From assembly GCA_963665235.2 (NCBI GenBank), contig CAXXLX010000001.1, positions 3,008,001 to 3,072,000 on the forward strand: a stretch of 64,000 bases of DNA, read 5' to 3'. This document shows positions 27,089 through 37,601 of the stretch, one piece after another. The translations under genes were made by a program, and so were the position numbers. The notes under the pieces were generated by a model that did not search any database, was not told the DNA's origin, and was given only the letters and a program-made list of their open reading frames with translations. The first letter of the stretch is position 1, and every line of letters starts with the position of its first letter. Origin of the DNA: Candidatus Poribacteria bacterium. GTDB taxonomy: Bacteria > Poribacteria > WGA-4E > WGA-3G.

Positions 27089-29801
27089 ATGAGAAAAATT
27101 TCCTATTGTGCCTTTCTCATCTTACTTATAAACAGCGCGTACCTATTCAGCTTCGGTGAACCGACACTCTTTTATATATTCAACGTCCTGTTCCACGTTG
27201 TACTCGGGACTGTTCTGATACTTCCGTTCAGCATCTATGTCTATCGGCAGGTCAGGTCCAGTTTTCACGGTGAGGGGAGCGAAACTCGACACCCCCGTGT
27301 GGTCGCTAATTTGGGAATTATCGGTATAATTATCGGTATCATCAGCGGCGTGTCCCTGATGATTGTTGGGGCGACAGCTCCCTATCGTTGGCTGCTCATT
27401 ACGCATATCGTCAGCATAAGTGCTGGTAGCCTTCTCTTCTGCATTTATCTATTGAGACATAGTACACGTCTGACCGCACCGCTGAGAAAGGTGACCATCG
27501 GTGTGCTAGTGTGTGTCCTGCTTTTCCCGATCGGCGCGAAACTTGGGCAACGTTTCCTGCCGAACCCGCAATATCTGGTCAAAAATCCGGCACTGCCACC
27601 AACTAGTATGTACGAGGAGGGCGGGGGCACAACCGGACACTTTTTCCCCGCAGCCGTTGAAACCGTAGCCGGGGACCTAATTCCAACTGACTTCTTTCTC
27701 ACGTCAGAGTCATGTGCAGCAAAAGGATGCCACCCGGACATCTATCGGCAATGGAACGAATCCGCACATCATTTCTCCTCTTTCAACAACCAGTGGTACC
27801 GAAAATCAATTATCTATATGCAGGAGGTCAACGGCATTCAACCCTCAAAATGGTGTGGCGGCTGCCACGACCCAGCGATTTTACTCAATGGCGTAATGGA
27901 TAGACCCATCCGAGAAAATATGCATACCCCCGCAGCACAGGCAGGGTTAGCATGCACCGCCTGCCACTCCATTGAAAACGTGAAGGATACCATGGGCAAC
28001 AGCGGATATATCATTAAATATCCACCGCTCCACAATATCGCCGCAAGTGACAATCGTATCCTCCGAAGTTTGCACAACTATCTCATCAAACTTGACCCGG
28101 AACCGCACAAAAAAAGCTTCCTCAAACCGTTCCATCGTAAAAACACTGCCGAGTTCTGTTCCACCTGTCATAAAGTGCATCTAGATGAACCGGTAAACAA
28201 TTTCCGATGGATCCGCGGCTTCAACGACTATGACCAGTGGCAAAAAAGTGGTGTCTCGCATCAAGGGGCGTTATCCTTCTATTATCCCGAAAAAGCAAAA
28301 AAGTGTACCGATTGTCACATGCCCCTTGTCGCCTCTAAAGATGCAGGAAATATCGATGGCAAAGTCCACAATCATCGGTTTCCGGCTGCGAACACGGCAC
28401 TCCCCTTTGTGAATCAACACCCGGAACAACTTAAGGTTGTCACACAGTTTTTGCAGGATGACGTGATAACCCTCGACCTATTTGCAGATGGCATGCCGAT
28501 TCCCAATAACGGCACACAAGTTCCACGCGGGGGAGATACCCGTATTGATGTTGTGGTCCGCACCCGCAATATCGGGCACCATTTTCCCACCGGAACGATT
28601 GACGCTTTTGACATCTGGTTGGAACTCAAAGCCACCGATGAAAACGGCAAAATCGTCTTTTGGAACGGCAGAATTGCTGCACCTGACCGAAACGGACCCG
28701 TCGACCCCAGCGCGCATTTTTACCGCAGTTATATGCTTGACGCACACGGAAACCTTATTAACAAACGAAACGCATGGGCACTCCGAACTGTACTCTATAC
28801 AAACACTATCCCCCCAGGAGCCGCCGACACCGTTCGATATCGATTAGAGATTCCCCCTGATTGCGGAGAAGTGCTCTCGCTTGAAGCAAAACTCAACCAT
28901 CGCAAATTCAACTGGTGGCATACACAGTGGGCTTATGCGGGAGTCCGAGACCCAGAGGATACAGATTTTCAGGTTGATAAAGGCTACGACGATGGAAAGT
29001 GGGTCTGGCAAGGCGATACCTCCGATGTAGCAGGAAAAATCAAAGCCATTCCAAACCTCCCGATTACCGTAATTGCCGCTGCCAAAACAACCTTGAAAGT
29101 TGTAGACGCACATCAGGTGCAATCTCAAAAAGTCGTCCCCACACCACCGTCGCCATCACAAGATACACGCGAACGTTGGAACGACTACGGCATTGGGCTC
29201 CTCCTCTCAAGGCGACCTCAGAGCCGCGCAGACCGCGTTCCTAAACGTGACCGAAATTGACCCGGACTATCTGGATGGATGGGTGAACGTAGCGAGATGC
29301 CGCATCAAAGCGGGAGATATGCAAGGGGCTGAAGCCATGCTCAAAAAGGCGTTTGACATCCAAAAAACATTGCCACCTGAAAACCCGCATCGAGGAAAGG
29401 TTCACTATTTCTATGCCCTTGTTCAAGAAGCTTACGGAAACTACGACGTAGCAATTCAACACCTCCAGCACGCCACGGCACAATTTCCACGCGACACACG
29501 GGTCCGCAATCAATTGGGACGCATGCACTTTCTAAAACGGGAATATGACACTGCTCTATCACAATTTCAGAAAACACTTGAGGTTGACCCGGAGGATTTA
29601 GATGCACATTACAACATGATGCGATGTTATCGTGCCTTGAAAAATATACCCATGGCAGCGACATCGCAAAAACTGTACCTACGATTCAAGGCAGACGAAT
29701 CTGTTGATGCGATTACCGGCATTCCTCGCCGCACAGACCCCAATGCCAACCGTGAACGTCAGCCAATTCATGAACACACCAACAGCTATTTGACTGATTG
29801 A
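27089..29801 (+). CDS. Membrane-anchored multiheme c-type cytochrome (c554-like) with C-terminal TPRs; frameshift at ~29200 (ORFs 27089-29260 and 29193-29801)
   Basis: N-terminal TM helices; CGGCH, CTACH, CSTCH, CTDCH plus atypical CAAKGCH. The TPR begins RWNDYGIGLL and continues QGDLRAAQTAF in the next frame. Confidence 0.82.
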
Positions 29802-29828
29802 ATTCCGAAGCACCGCTATCACAGATTC

Positions 29829-30050
29829 AGTATTCGGGCGACAAGCCCGCTCCTACAAAGTGAGGTTCCCTCTCTCGCTAGGTCTGCCTCTTAAGGAACA
29901 TTATCCCAACTTGTGCAAATTTAGGCGATATCCTTGTAGGGGCGAGGTCACCTCTCCCGCTAGGTCTGCCTCTAAATCCCATTATCTATGGACTTTATCA
30001 ACGCGCTGCGTCCGTCTTGGTAGTAGTAGGGACCCGTGTCTCCTGCCCTT
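29829..30050. repeat. Cluster of GTAG-type REPs between convergent genes
   Basis: cgggcgacaagcccgctcctac (reverse), gtaggggcgaggtcacctctcccgctaggtctgcctctaaatcccattatc (near-identical copy at 33898-33948), gtagggacccgtgtctcctgccct. Confidence 0.75.
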
Positions 30051-30065
30051 ATACCGGTCAAGGTT

Positions 30066-31121
30066 TTATTTCTTCAGCACTCCCCACGTTACTTTTTTTT
30101 TATCGCGTGGGGTAACAGGCAGCACATCATCACTGATCCAATCCAACATTACATCATGCCCCGGGTGGTTTGTGAGCCGTGTAATCACGTGTGTCTGGCG
30201 ATGATACTTATAGATATTGGCATCTGGGAAGTCAAAATCACCCGGGAGTGCTCTGTTCAAAGGTATAGCTGCACGTGCACTAAAAACGATTGATTTCCCA
30301 TCATCCATCCAGTCAACGCTAATTCCTTCCTGGTCCTCCGGTATTTGTAGCTGTCTGATGTTTTCTCCGTTGCGGTCACATATCATATACCGAAACGCTT
30401 TGAAAAAAGGCCCTTCCCTGGGCTCATTGGGTACATGCACGGTTTTCCACTCTTTCTGGAGAAACACAATGTGTTTGCCATCAGGGGACCAACGCGGTCT
30501 TGAACGGTGAATCCAGAATTCCCCGCCTACAGCCGGTGCCGGTATCAATGGGCGGTGGTTGCGCCCATCGGCATCCATTATCCAAATCGTGGTATGGACT
30601 CCGTGCGTTGTAGGCACTGCACATATTATATGCTTGCCATCTGGTGACCAATCATGCTGGATACCCCAGAAATCCGATATTTTTTTCATCGTTCCCGTTT
30701 TTATATTCAGCACATAGGTACCGTTTTTTTGAACACGGTCCTTGTCATGAATAGGACGTTCAAGTTCAAAAACGATAGACTGACCATCCGGTGAAAATGA
30801 AGCTATATTGAGAGTACTCCCATCATTTTCTGTGAGTTGCCGAATGTTTGTGCCATCTGGATCCATCAAAAAAAGAACGCCCCTTCCATTTATCCGGACA
30901 CTTCTTTCAAACAGGATGTGTTTGCCATCGGGAGACCACCTATGTGGGTAGGGGTCTAACTCTTCGGATTCTGTGAGTCCTGTCTGGTTGCTGCCGTCAT
31001 CGTTCATCACATAGATACCTTGAACACCCTCGCGTTTTGAGCTAAAAACAATTTTGGCATGGGCGGCGGTTGACAAAAGCAGTAGCAGCAGGCATAAAAG
31101 AAAAACTTTGTGTGCCTTCAT
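30066..31121 (-). CDS. Secreted TolB-like (PD40) beta-propeller protein with the C-terminal K..VTWG tail
   Basis: Signal peptide MKAHKVFLLCLLLLLLSTAAHA; repeated WSPDGKHI/FSPDGQSI; ends VTPRDKKKVTWGVLKK. Confidence 0.88.
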   Translation of the reverse strand: MKAHKVFLLCLLLLLLSTAAHAKIVFSSKREGVQGIYVMNDDGSNQTGLTESEELDPYPHRWSPDGKHILFERSVRINGRGVLFLMDPDGTNIRQLTENDGSTLNIASFSPDGQSIVFELERPIHDKDRVQKNGTYVLNIKTGTMKKISDFWGIQHDWSPDGKHIICAVPTTHGVHTTIWIMDADGRNHRPLIPAPAVGGEFWIHRSRPRWSPDGKHIVFLQKEWKTVHVPNEPREGPFFKAFRYMICDRNGENIRQLQIPEDQEGISVDWMDDGKSIVFSARAAIPLNRALPGDFDFPDANIYKYHRQTHVITRLTNHPGHDVMLDWISDDVLPVTPRDKKKVTWGVLKK

Positions 31122-31177
31122 GGGTATGCTCCTTAAAGAGAGTGGCAGGGGAACATGCCCCCCGCCAGTAAAACAAA

Positions 31178-32060
31178 TCATGGACCGTCGTCCGAAGTAA
31201 ACGTCACAGCCGTTGTCCCTGTCTGTTGTTTTGTATCTACTTCCCAGTCGTCTCTTTCAAGATTACCTGTCGTTGTACTCACCTGAAGGTGGGTGTGCGC
31301 GCCAAAATAACGCTTATCACCTTTTTCAAGGGTGCCGATGAAACGATTGAATTCCCTCCCATTGTCGTCAAAAGCACCGGGATAAAAATACTGAGAGGTT
31401 TCACCAACTTTAATAATTTCGGGTGGCTTGGTATCGCGTCGCTCAGGAGCTATACGGGCACCCTTGGGTCCGTCGTATTCATTCGTTATGAACCACGGAG
31501 CAACTTCCAGCGGGTTCTCGTTTGGGTTTTTTGCCTTGAGGTTATCCGTTGGGTTTGAGGCATAGGCAAAAGAATCCATAACAACATACGAACCGTCGTA
31601 GTAGAATCTACTGATCTCCGCGTAGCCGATGGCACCCGTCTTTTTACCTATTCGCCACAAGCCGATGGATTCAAACATCCTCACTTTGTAGGAAGCGGTG
31701 TCTTGGTCAATATTACCATCTTCATCCATGAACGATTGAACCACAGCCTTTATCGTATACTTCTCCCCTTTAATCTTACCGGGTGTTTTATCAGCAGGAG
31801 AGAAATAGGCAGTCGTTTTCGGATTGTTTACATGACTACTGCTCCATCCCACATAAACATCATTAATATACCACCACACATCTGAAAACGGTTCATCCGT
31901 TTTTAGATAAGTCGTGTGGTATGTGATACCGTTATAAGAATACTCTGTCGGTGTCAGATGGGAACTCCACAATCTTAATGGCTTCACTATTCTGGACACC
32001 GACTACCAATAGAGAACAGAGTATCGCGATTGCGATACCGATTGATTTCAATCCTATCAT
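31178..32060 (-). CDS. Secreted hypothetical protein, frameshifted near 31950
   Basis: ATG at 32060 gives a signal peptide MIGLKSIGIAIAILCSLLVVGVQNSEA..., which stops after 42 codons; the body continues in another frame (ORF 31178-31999). Confidence 0.6.
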
Positions 32061-32595
32061 TTTTTTCTCTTTTGCTATATAGCCTATAGTCCTGTTTAGG
32101 GGTCCCTATCCTTGTTCGGTAGACATTCCATCCGAAGTTAAGAAGGGATTGGGGTACCCTGTCAACATGGTAAGTTATCGATATTCTAAAACGTTTTCAT
32201 ATTTCTGTCAACAATTTTTTTGAAAGTCCTGTTATAGTAAGGCTTACAATTATTTATACATGGCAATGTGGCAAAAACGCCCGGTTTTCCTCTCCCCCCG
32301 CCTGCGGGGGGATAAAGGGGGGTCTTAAAGTCAATGTCCATTTATTTTCCAACTTTACTATATTTAGCACGATTTTCGCTATTTTCTGCAAAATGAATTG
32401 GGTATTAGCTCCATCCGGGCGAAAAGTTTCATGCGCGAAAACCTCTTCTTTCCGCGTTCTCCGCGCTAATCCGCGATTTGTGGCGGACTCGCCCAAATGC
32501 GACGTGCATTCATAAAATTCCGGATTGAAAATCCTCTTGCCAAAATTTCGGAAGTACGCTATTATCTTTTTATCACTAAAAAAAAGGAGCAAAAC

Positions 32596-33018
32596 ATGGC
32601 AGTTTTTTTACATACACGTGTTCGCGTAAGCGATCTGGACAACTCTATTAATTGGTATTGTGACCATCTGGGGTTCAAAGTGCTCAGCCGCAGCGATAAA
32701 TCCCCAGCGGGTAACCAAATTGTACATCTTGAGCTTCCGGGAAACGACCATACGTTAGAATTAACCTATTCACCCGATTTTGAACTTCAGGTGCAGGAAG
32801 ACCTGATGCACTTCGCTATTGGTGTCCCAGATCTGGTTGCGTTTTGCGACGGTTTAGAGAAAGCCGGTCTGGAAATTTGGCCAGATGGGTGGCGTAAGCA
32901 ATTTACATCCGGTGGCATGAAGATGGCATTCATCACCGACCCAGATGGATACGAGGTTGAACTACTAGAACGCAAAGATGCCACCGGCGACCCGCTCAGC
33001 GTGCTGGAAGAGTCGTAA
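32596..33018 (+). CDS. VOC family protein (lactoylglutathione lyase-like)
   Basis: FLHTRVRVSDL, LELTY, HFAIGV, AFITDPDGYEVELLE; RBS aaggag. Confidence 0.88.
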   Translation: MAVFLHTRVRVSDLDNSINWYCDHLGFKVLSRSDKSPAGNQIVHLELPGNDHTLELTYSPDFELQVQEDLMHFAIGVPDLVAFCDGLEKAGLEIWPDGWRKQFTSGGMKMAFITDPDGYEVELLERKDATGDPLSVLEES

Positions 33019-33059
33019 AGGGGCGGTTGTGAGCAGAGAGACCTGGCCCTCTTCTACTG

Positions 33060-33876
33060 TTAGACATAGGGCCAGAACTGATTCCATGCCGTCATCCAGT
33101 CTCGCCCGCGGCTTTCAACAGTGACGGGGCCCGTTATTTCAACCCCCGGTCTTCCCTTGAATTCTGCGACTTTATCAGCACTTGCCACCTCAATTTTGAT
33201 TGTTGTCGGCTGTGTGGGGACGTACGGTGTGACGCGTGTTAAATCTGTGAGTGCCGCTCTCGCAGCGTCTTCTATCAGTTGACGGGCGCGGACAGGCGAA
33301 AGTTGCCGCGCGCTAAATCGGCTCAATCCTTTCTTAACAGCGACCGTTGGCAGTTCCTCGCCGAGGAGGGATTTCGCTTCTCGGCAGACTGCCGTGTCGC
33401 CTGTGACAAGCGCGATAGGAACGCCATAGTGACCGTTGAGCGCTGCATTTACACCAGTTTCACCGACAAGTTCATCGTTGAACCAAAGATTTCTATACCG
33501 GACACTACTAATCGTATGACACAACACGCCATCGGGCGTACCGCTGCGGGCATGCATTCCAATCAGCAAGCATGCATCACAGCCATCCTCCCACATCTCA
33601 TCATAGCGGCCCCAGCCGTGGTGTGCCACCCATTCGCAATCCGGATGAATTTTATCTGGCACGAGTGAGTTGAAGGTCCAGCCTTCGCCTGCCCCGTGGC
33701 AATCTACGACGACAATCTCTGTCGCTCCTGCTGCTTTCGCTCCGCGCACCGCAGCGTTAATTTCTTCGGTATAGAGGTGCCGCCCCTCTTCGAACATCGC
33801 AGCTCCCTCCATTAACCTGCTCCCACACGACAATACCGCTTACACCCTCCATATCAGACATGATTAGCACTCGCAT
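33060..33876 (-). CDS. M55 family D-aminopeptidase (DppA-like); frameshift near 33805
   Basis: ATG at 33876 gives MRVLIMSDMEGVSGIV (DxEG motif); the remainder (VDCHG, IGMHAR, LCHT, GE) is in the adjacent frame. Confidence 0.85.
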
Positions 33877-34004
33877 TTTTCTTTTCTCCTATTCATCGTA
33901 GGGGCGAGGTGACCTCGCCCGCTAAGTCTCACTCTAAATCCCATTATCACTTAGATTTAGTATAGCCCCGTTATCCTTAAAATACAAGCACAAATGCTAG
34001 AATC

Positions 34005-34033
34005 TTGACTTATCGCGTCTATTGTGGTATAAT
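34005..34033 (+). promoter_or_regulatory. Sigma70-like promoter of argS
   Basis: TTGACT-17 nt-TATAAT with an extended -10 TG. Confidence 0.7.
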
Positions 34034-34067
34034 TCATTTAGAAAAAACACTCCGGAAATAAAGCAAA

Positions 34068-35831
34068 ATGGAGAATACACATTTTAATTCTATAGACAGG
34101 GACGCAATTAAAGCGGAAGTTCACGCCATGCTGCAAGCTGCAATTGCTGCTGCTATTGCGGAAAACTGTTTGCCCGCAGCAGGAGACCTCCCGACGCTCG
34201 ACGTGCCAGATATTCCGTTTTCGCCGACCAAAACCCCTGAACATGGCGATATTGCGACCCCGGTCGCATTGGGACTGGCGAAAAAAGCACGTCTAGCCCC
34301 GCGCTGTTGCACAGTAGCCGAAATAATTGATAAGCATATCGAACGGGATAAATACCCGAGTATCAGCGAGCTTAAAATTGCAGGACCGGGTTTCATCAAT
34401 ATCCATCTTTCCAAAACGTGGCTTTACGACACCCTCCGGCGGATTGCAGCCGAGACGACAGAATACGGCAAATCCGACAAAGGCGCAGGCTCTAAAGTCC
34501 AGGTTGAATTTGTCAGTGCGAACCCCACCGGACCGCTTAACGTCGTCAGTGGACGTGCCGCAGCAGTTGGGGACACCCTCGTCAATTTGCTAAATGCCGT
34601 AGGTTATCAGGCGGTCCGTGAATACTATGTCAATGATGCGGGGGGGCAGGTGGACCGACTTGGTGAATCCATAGATATCCGCTATCGACAAGCACTCGGT
34701 GAAACCGATTTGGAAATTCCGGAAGGCGGGTACCATGGAGAATATTTACAGGATTTCGCAAATACTATCATCGCAGCGGAAGGCGACATCTACCTTAAAC
34801 TTGACACACCTGAGCGGGTAGCACGTTTCCGGGATAAAGGAATTGGACACCTGCTAGAACAACAAAAAATCGCTTTGGAACGTTTTCGGGTTAATTTTGA
34901 TGTTTGGACCAGTGAAAAAGCAATCCGTAACAGCGGAAAACCTGAAGAGATTATTGAGCTGTTTCGTCAAAAGGATTACCTCTACGAAGCAGAAGGCGCG
35001 ACCTGGTTTCGCATGACGGATTTCGGCGACGACAAAGATTGCGTTGTCATACGGAGCAATGGCGAATACACCTATTTCGTACCAGACGCTGCGTATCACC
35101 GCGATAAATTTGACCGGGGGTTCAATAAGGTCATCGACCTGCTCGGCCCTGACCATCAGGGGCACGTTATGCGACTAAAAAATTTCGTGAAGGCTCTCGG
35201 TTTATCCGACGACTGGTTGGAGGTCGGCATCATTCAGCAGGTCAACCTTGTCGATGCAGATGGCACTCGGCGCGATATGTCCAAACGGAGCGGACAGTTC
35301 TTTACGCTTGACGCACTCATCGACGAACTAGCCGCGACTGTTGGAGAACGGTTCGCTGTGGATGTCGCCCGGTACTTCTTTCTGATGCGTGGCAACAATA
35401 CACATCTCGATTTTAATCTTGAGCTTGCTGTCACACAGGCAACTGAAAACCCCATCTTTTATATTCAATATGCCCATGCAAGGTGCTGCAGCATCTTGCA
35501 GCAAGGCCGAGAAGAACAGATTCAGCCAAAACCTATTGAGGATGTATCATTGGAACTGCTTGCAGAACCGATTGAACATGAACTGATTCGAAAATTGGCG
35601 GATTTTCCATCAATCGTGCTCTCTAGTGCTGAAGAACGCGAAGTACACCGTATCGCCCATTATCTAAACGAGTTAGCCGGACAGTTTCATCCATACTACA
35701 ATAAACATCGCGTCCTTGAGGCATCAGATATGGAACGGACACACGCGCGCCTCATCCTTGTCCAAAGCGTGCAGACTGTATTAGCAAATGGTTTGAGGGT
35801 GTTAGGCATTTCGGCACCGGAGTCAATGTAA
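34068..35831 (+). CDS. argS: Arginine--tRNA ligase
   Basis: AGPGFIN, EFVSANPTGPL, REYYVNDAG, MSKRSG, YIQYAHAR, LGISAPESM. Confidence 0.97.
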   Translation: MENTHFNSIDRDAIKAEVHAMLQAAIAAAIAENCLPAAGDLPTLDVPDIPFSPTKTPEHGDIATPVALGLAKKARLAPRCCTVAEIIDKHIERDKYPSISELKIAGPGFINIHLSKTWLYDTLRRIAAETTEYGKSDKGAGSKVQVEFVSANPTGPLNVVSGRAAAVGDTLVNLLNAVGYQAVREYYVNDAGGQVDRLGESIDIRYRQALGETDLEIPEGGYHGEYLQDFANTIIAAEGDIYLKLDTPERVARFRDKGIGHLLEQQKIALERFRVNFDVWTSEKAIRNSGKPEEIIELFRQKDYLYEAEGATWFRMTDFGDDKDCVVIRSNGEYTYFVPDAAYHRDKFDRGFNKVIDLLGPDHQGHVMRLKNFVKALGLSDDWLEVGIIQQVNLVDADGTRRDMSKRSGQFFTLDALIDELAATVGERFAVDVARYFFLMRGNNTHLDFNLELAVTQATENPIFYIQYAHARCCSILQQGREEQIQPKPIEDVSLELLAEPIEHELIRKLADFPSIVLSSAEEREVHRIAHYLNELAGQFHPYYNKHRVLEASDMERTHARLILVQSVQTVLANGLRVLGISAPESM

Positions 35832-35860
35832 TACCATTTCTAATTGGAAATGTCTCTTTA

Positions 35861-36119
35861 TTGTAGCATAAACTTCCAGTTTGTGCGTTGTAGCATAAAC
35901 TTCCAGTTTGTGCGTTGTAGCATAAACTTCCAGTTTGTGCGTTGTAGCATAAACTTCCAGTTTGTGCGTTGTAGCATAAACTTCCAGTTTGTGCGTTGTA
36001 GCATAAACTTCCAGTTTGTGCGTTGTAGCATAAACTTCCAGTTTGTGCGTTGTAGCATAAACTTCCAGTTTGTGTGCTTTATTGTAGCATAAACTTCCAG
36101 TTTGTAGCATAAACTTCCA
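35861..36119 (+). repeat. Tandem array of a 27-bp GTAG-REP unit (7 identical, 1 variant, 2 partial copies)
   Basis: Unit ttgtagcataaacttccagtttgtgcg, with internal hairpin gcataaac-ttcca-gtttgtgc and no spacers. Confidence 0.93.
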
Positions 36120-36140
36120 TTCTCCGTTTCATTTCTAACA

Positions 36141-36222
36141 AACGGTAATGATAGAATAATTAATAAAAATGGTATAACTTCAACGGTAATGATAGAATAA
36201 TTAATAAAAATGGTATAACTTC
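36141..36222 (+). repeat. 41-bp perfect tandem duplication containing an extended -10-like element
   Basis: aacggtaatgatagaataattaataaaaatggtataacttc occurs twice. Confidence 0.9.
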
Positions 36223-36254
36223 AGCCAACACATACCTTCGGAGAGTTATCAGCA

Positions 36255-37601
36255 ATGGCAATAGATTACAAAAAACTTGATAAAGCCCATGTGTGGCATC
36301 CACTGTTTCAGCATCAGCAGCTTGATGCAACCGATTTAGTTGTTTTTAAATCTGCACACGGCACAACGCTTATCGATGCGGATGGACGCGAATACTTAGA
36401 TGCCTACTCCGCTTTGTGGAATGTCAACGTCGGGTACGGTAGAAAAGAGATTGCTGATGCTGTCTACGCACAGGTACAGGAGTTGGCTTACTATCCGCAC
36501 TCACAAATTAATGTTCCAGCGACTTTGCTAGCGGAACGGTTAGCAACGTGCCTACCGGGCGATTTGAACCACGTCTATTTTTGCAACAGCGGCTCTGAAG
36601 CGAATGAAACAGCTATCAAAATCGCGCGCCAGTACGGCAAACAAGCCTATCCGGGGGAGAATCGCTACAAGATTATCAGCCGATATCGTGGTTACCACGG
36701 ATTCACCTACGGCGCGCTGGCAGCCACAGGACAAGCACGCAGACGCAAACCGTTCGAACCGCTGGCACCAGGATTCCATCACGTCCACCCGCCCTACTGT
36801 TATCGATGCCCACTCGGTTTGGATGAACGCTCCTGCAATATTGCATGCGTTCAGGAAATCGAACGCGTCATTCAGGCTGAAGGGCCCGAAACCGTCATCG
36901 CTGTTATTGCTGAACCGATCATCGGTGGCGGCGGTGTGATTGTCCCGACAGATGAATACTTTCCAAAATTGCGAAAAATCTGTGATGACTACGGGCTACT
37001 TCTTATCCTTGATGAGGTTATTACCGGCTTCGGACGGACAGGAAAACTGTTCGCTTGTGAGCATTGGAACGTACAACCGGACCTCATCACCCTCGCCAAG
37101 GGTTTGACGAGCGGTTATATTCCCCTCGGGGCATGTGTTGCATCAACAGCCGTATTTGAGACGTTCCTTGGTACCCCCGACGAAAATCGAGAATTTGCCC
37201 AGGTCTGTACCTACGGCGGACATCCTGTCGCTTGTGCTGCGGGGCTCGCGAACCTTAACATTCTCCAAGAGGAACAGCTTTCAGAGAATGCAGAAAAAAT
37301 CGGGACCTATCTATTAGAGAAATTAAAGACGTTACACACTTTACCGATTGTCGGGGATGTCCGCGGCAAAGGATTAATGCTCGCTGTGGAACTCATCGAA
37401 CCGGATGGGGCACACCTGCAAACAGCCCAGACGAACCGAATCGTCGGTCAGCTGAGAGAAAAAGGGGTAATCGTCGGTAAAATTGGGCACGCCGTAGACG
37501 AACCAGAAAATATCATCTTTATCGCACCACCCCTCATTCTCAAGAAAAACGAAGCAGACCGAATCTTTGAAACGTTACGAGATGTACTTATCCAGCAGTA
37601 G
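36255..37601 (+). CDS. Class III PLP aminotransferase (omega-amino acid transaminase-like)
   Basis: [50 protein letters not shown]. Confidence 0.93.
   Translation: MAIDYKKLDKAHVWHPLFQHQQLDATDLVVFKSAHGTTLIDADGREYLDAYSALWNVNVGYGRKEIADAVYAQVQELAYYPHSQINVPATLLAERLATCLPGDLNHVYFCNSGSEANETAIKIARQYGKQAYPGENRYKIISRYRGYHGFTYGALAATGQARRRKPFEPLAPGFHHVHPPYCYRCPLGLDERSCNIACVQEIERVIQAEGPETVIAVIAEPIIGGGGVIVPTDEYFPKLRKICDDYGLLLILDEVITGFGRTGKLFACEHWNVQPDLITLAKGLTSGYIPLGACVASTAVFETFLGTPDENREFAQVCTYGGHPVACAAGLANLNILQEEQLSENAEKIGTYLLEKLKTLHTLPIVGDVRGKGLMLAVELIEPDGAHLQTAQTNRIVGQLREKGVIVGKIGHAVDEPENIIFIAPPLILKKNEADRIFETLRDVLIQQ

Noticed and set aside
35823-36110. Repetitive ORFs (HKLEVYATT, CSINFQFVR, MLQRTNWKF units)
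   Set aside because: They are open only because the 27-bp unit lacks stops in these frames; no RBS and no coding evidence.
35861-36119. CRISPR array
   Set aside because: Repeats abut with no unique spacers and there are no cas genes; it is a tandem REP-like array.
37575-37601. Convergent 27-bp overlap of the aminotransferase and mtnP
   Set aside because: Short 3' overlaps are common and need no special explanation.
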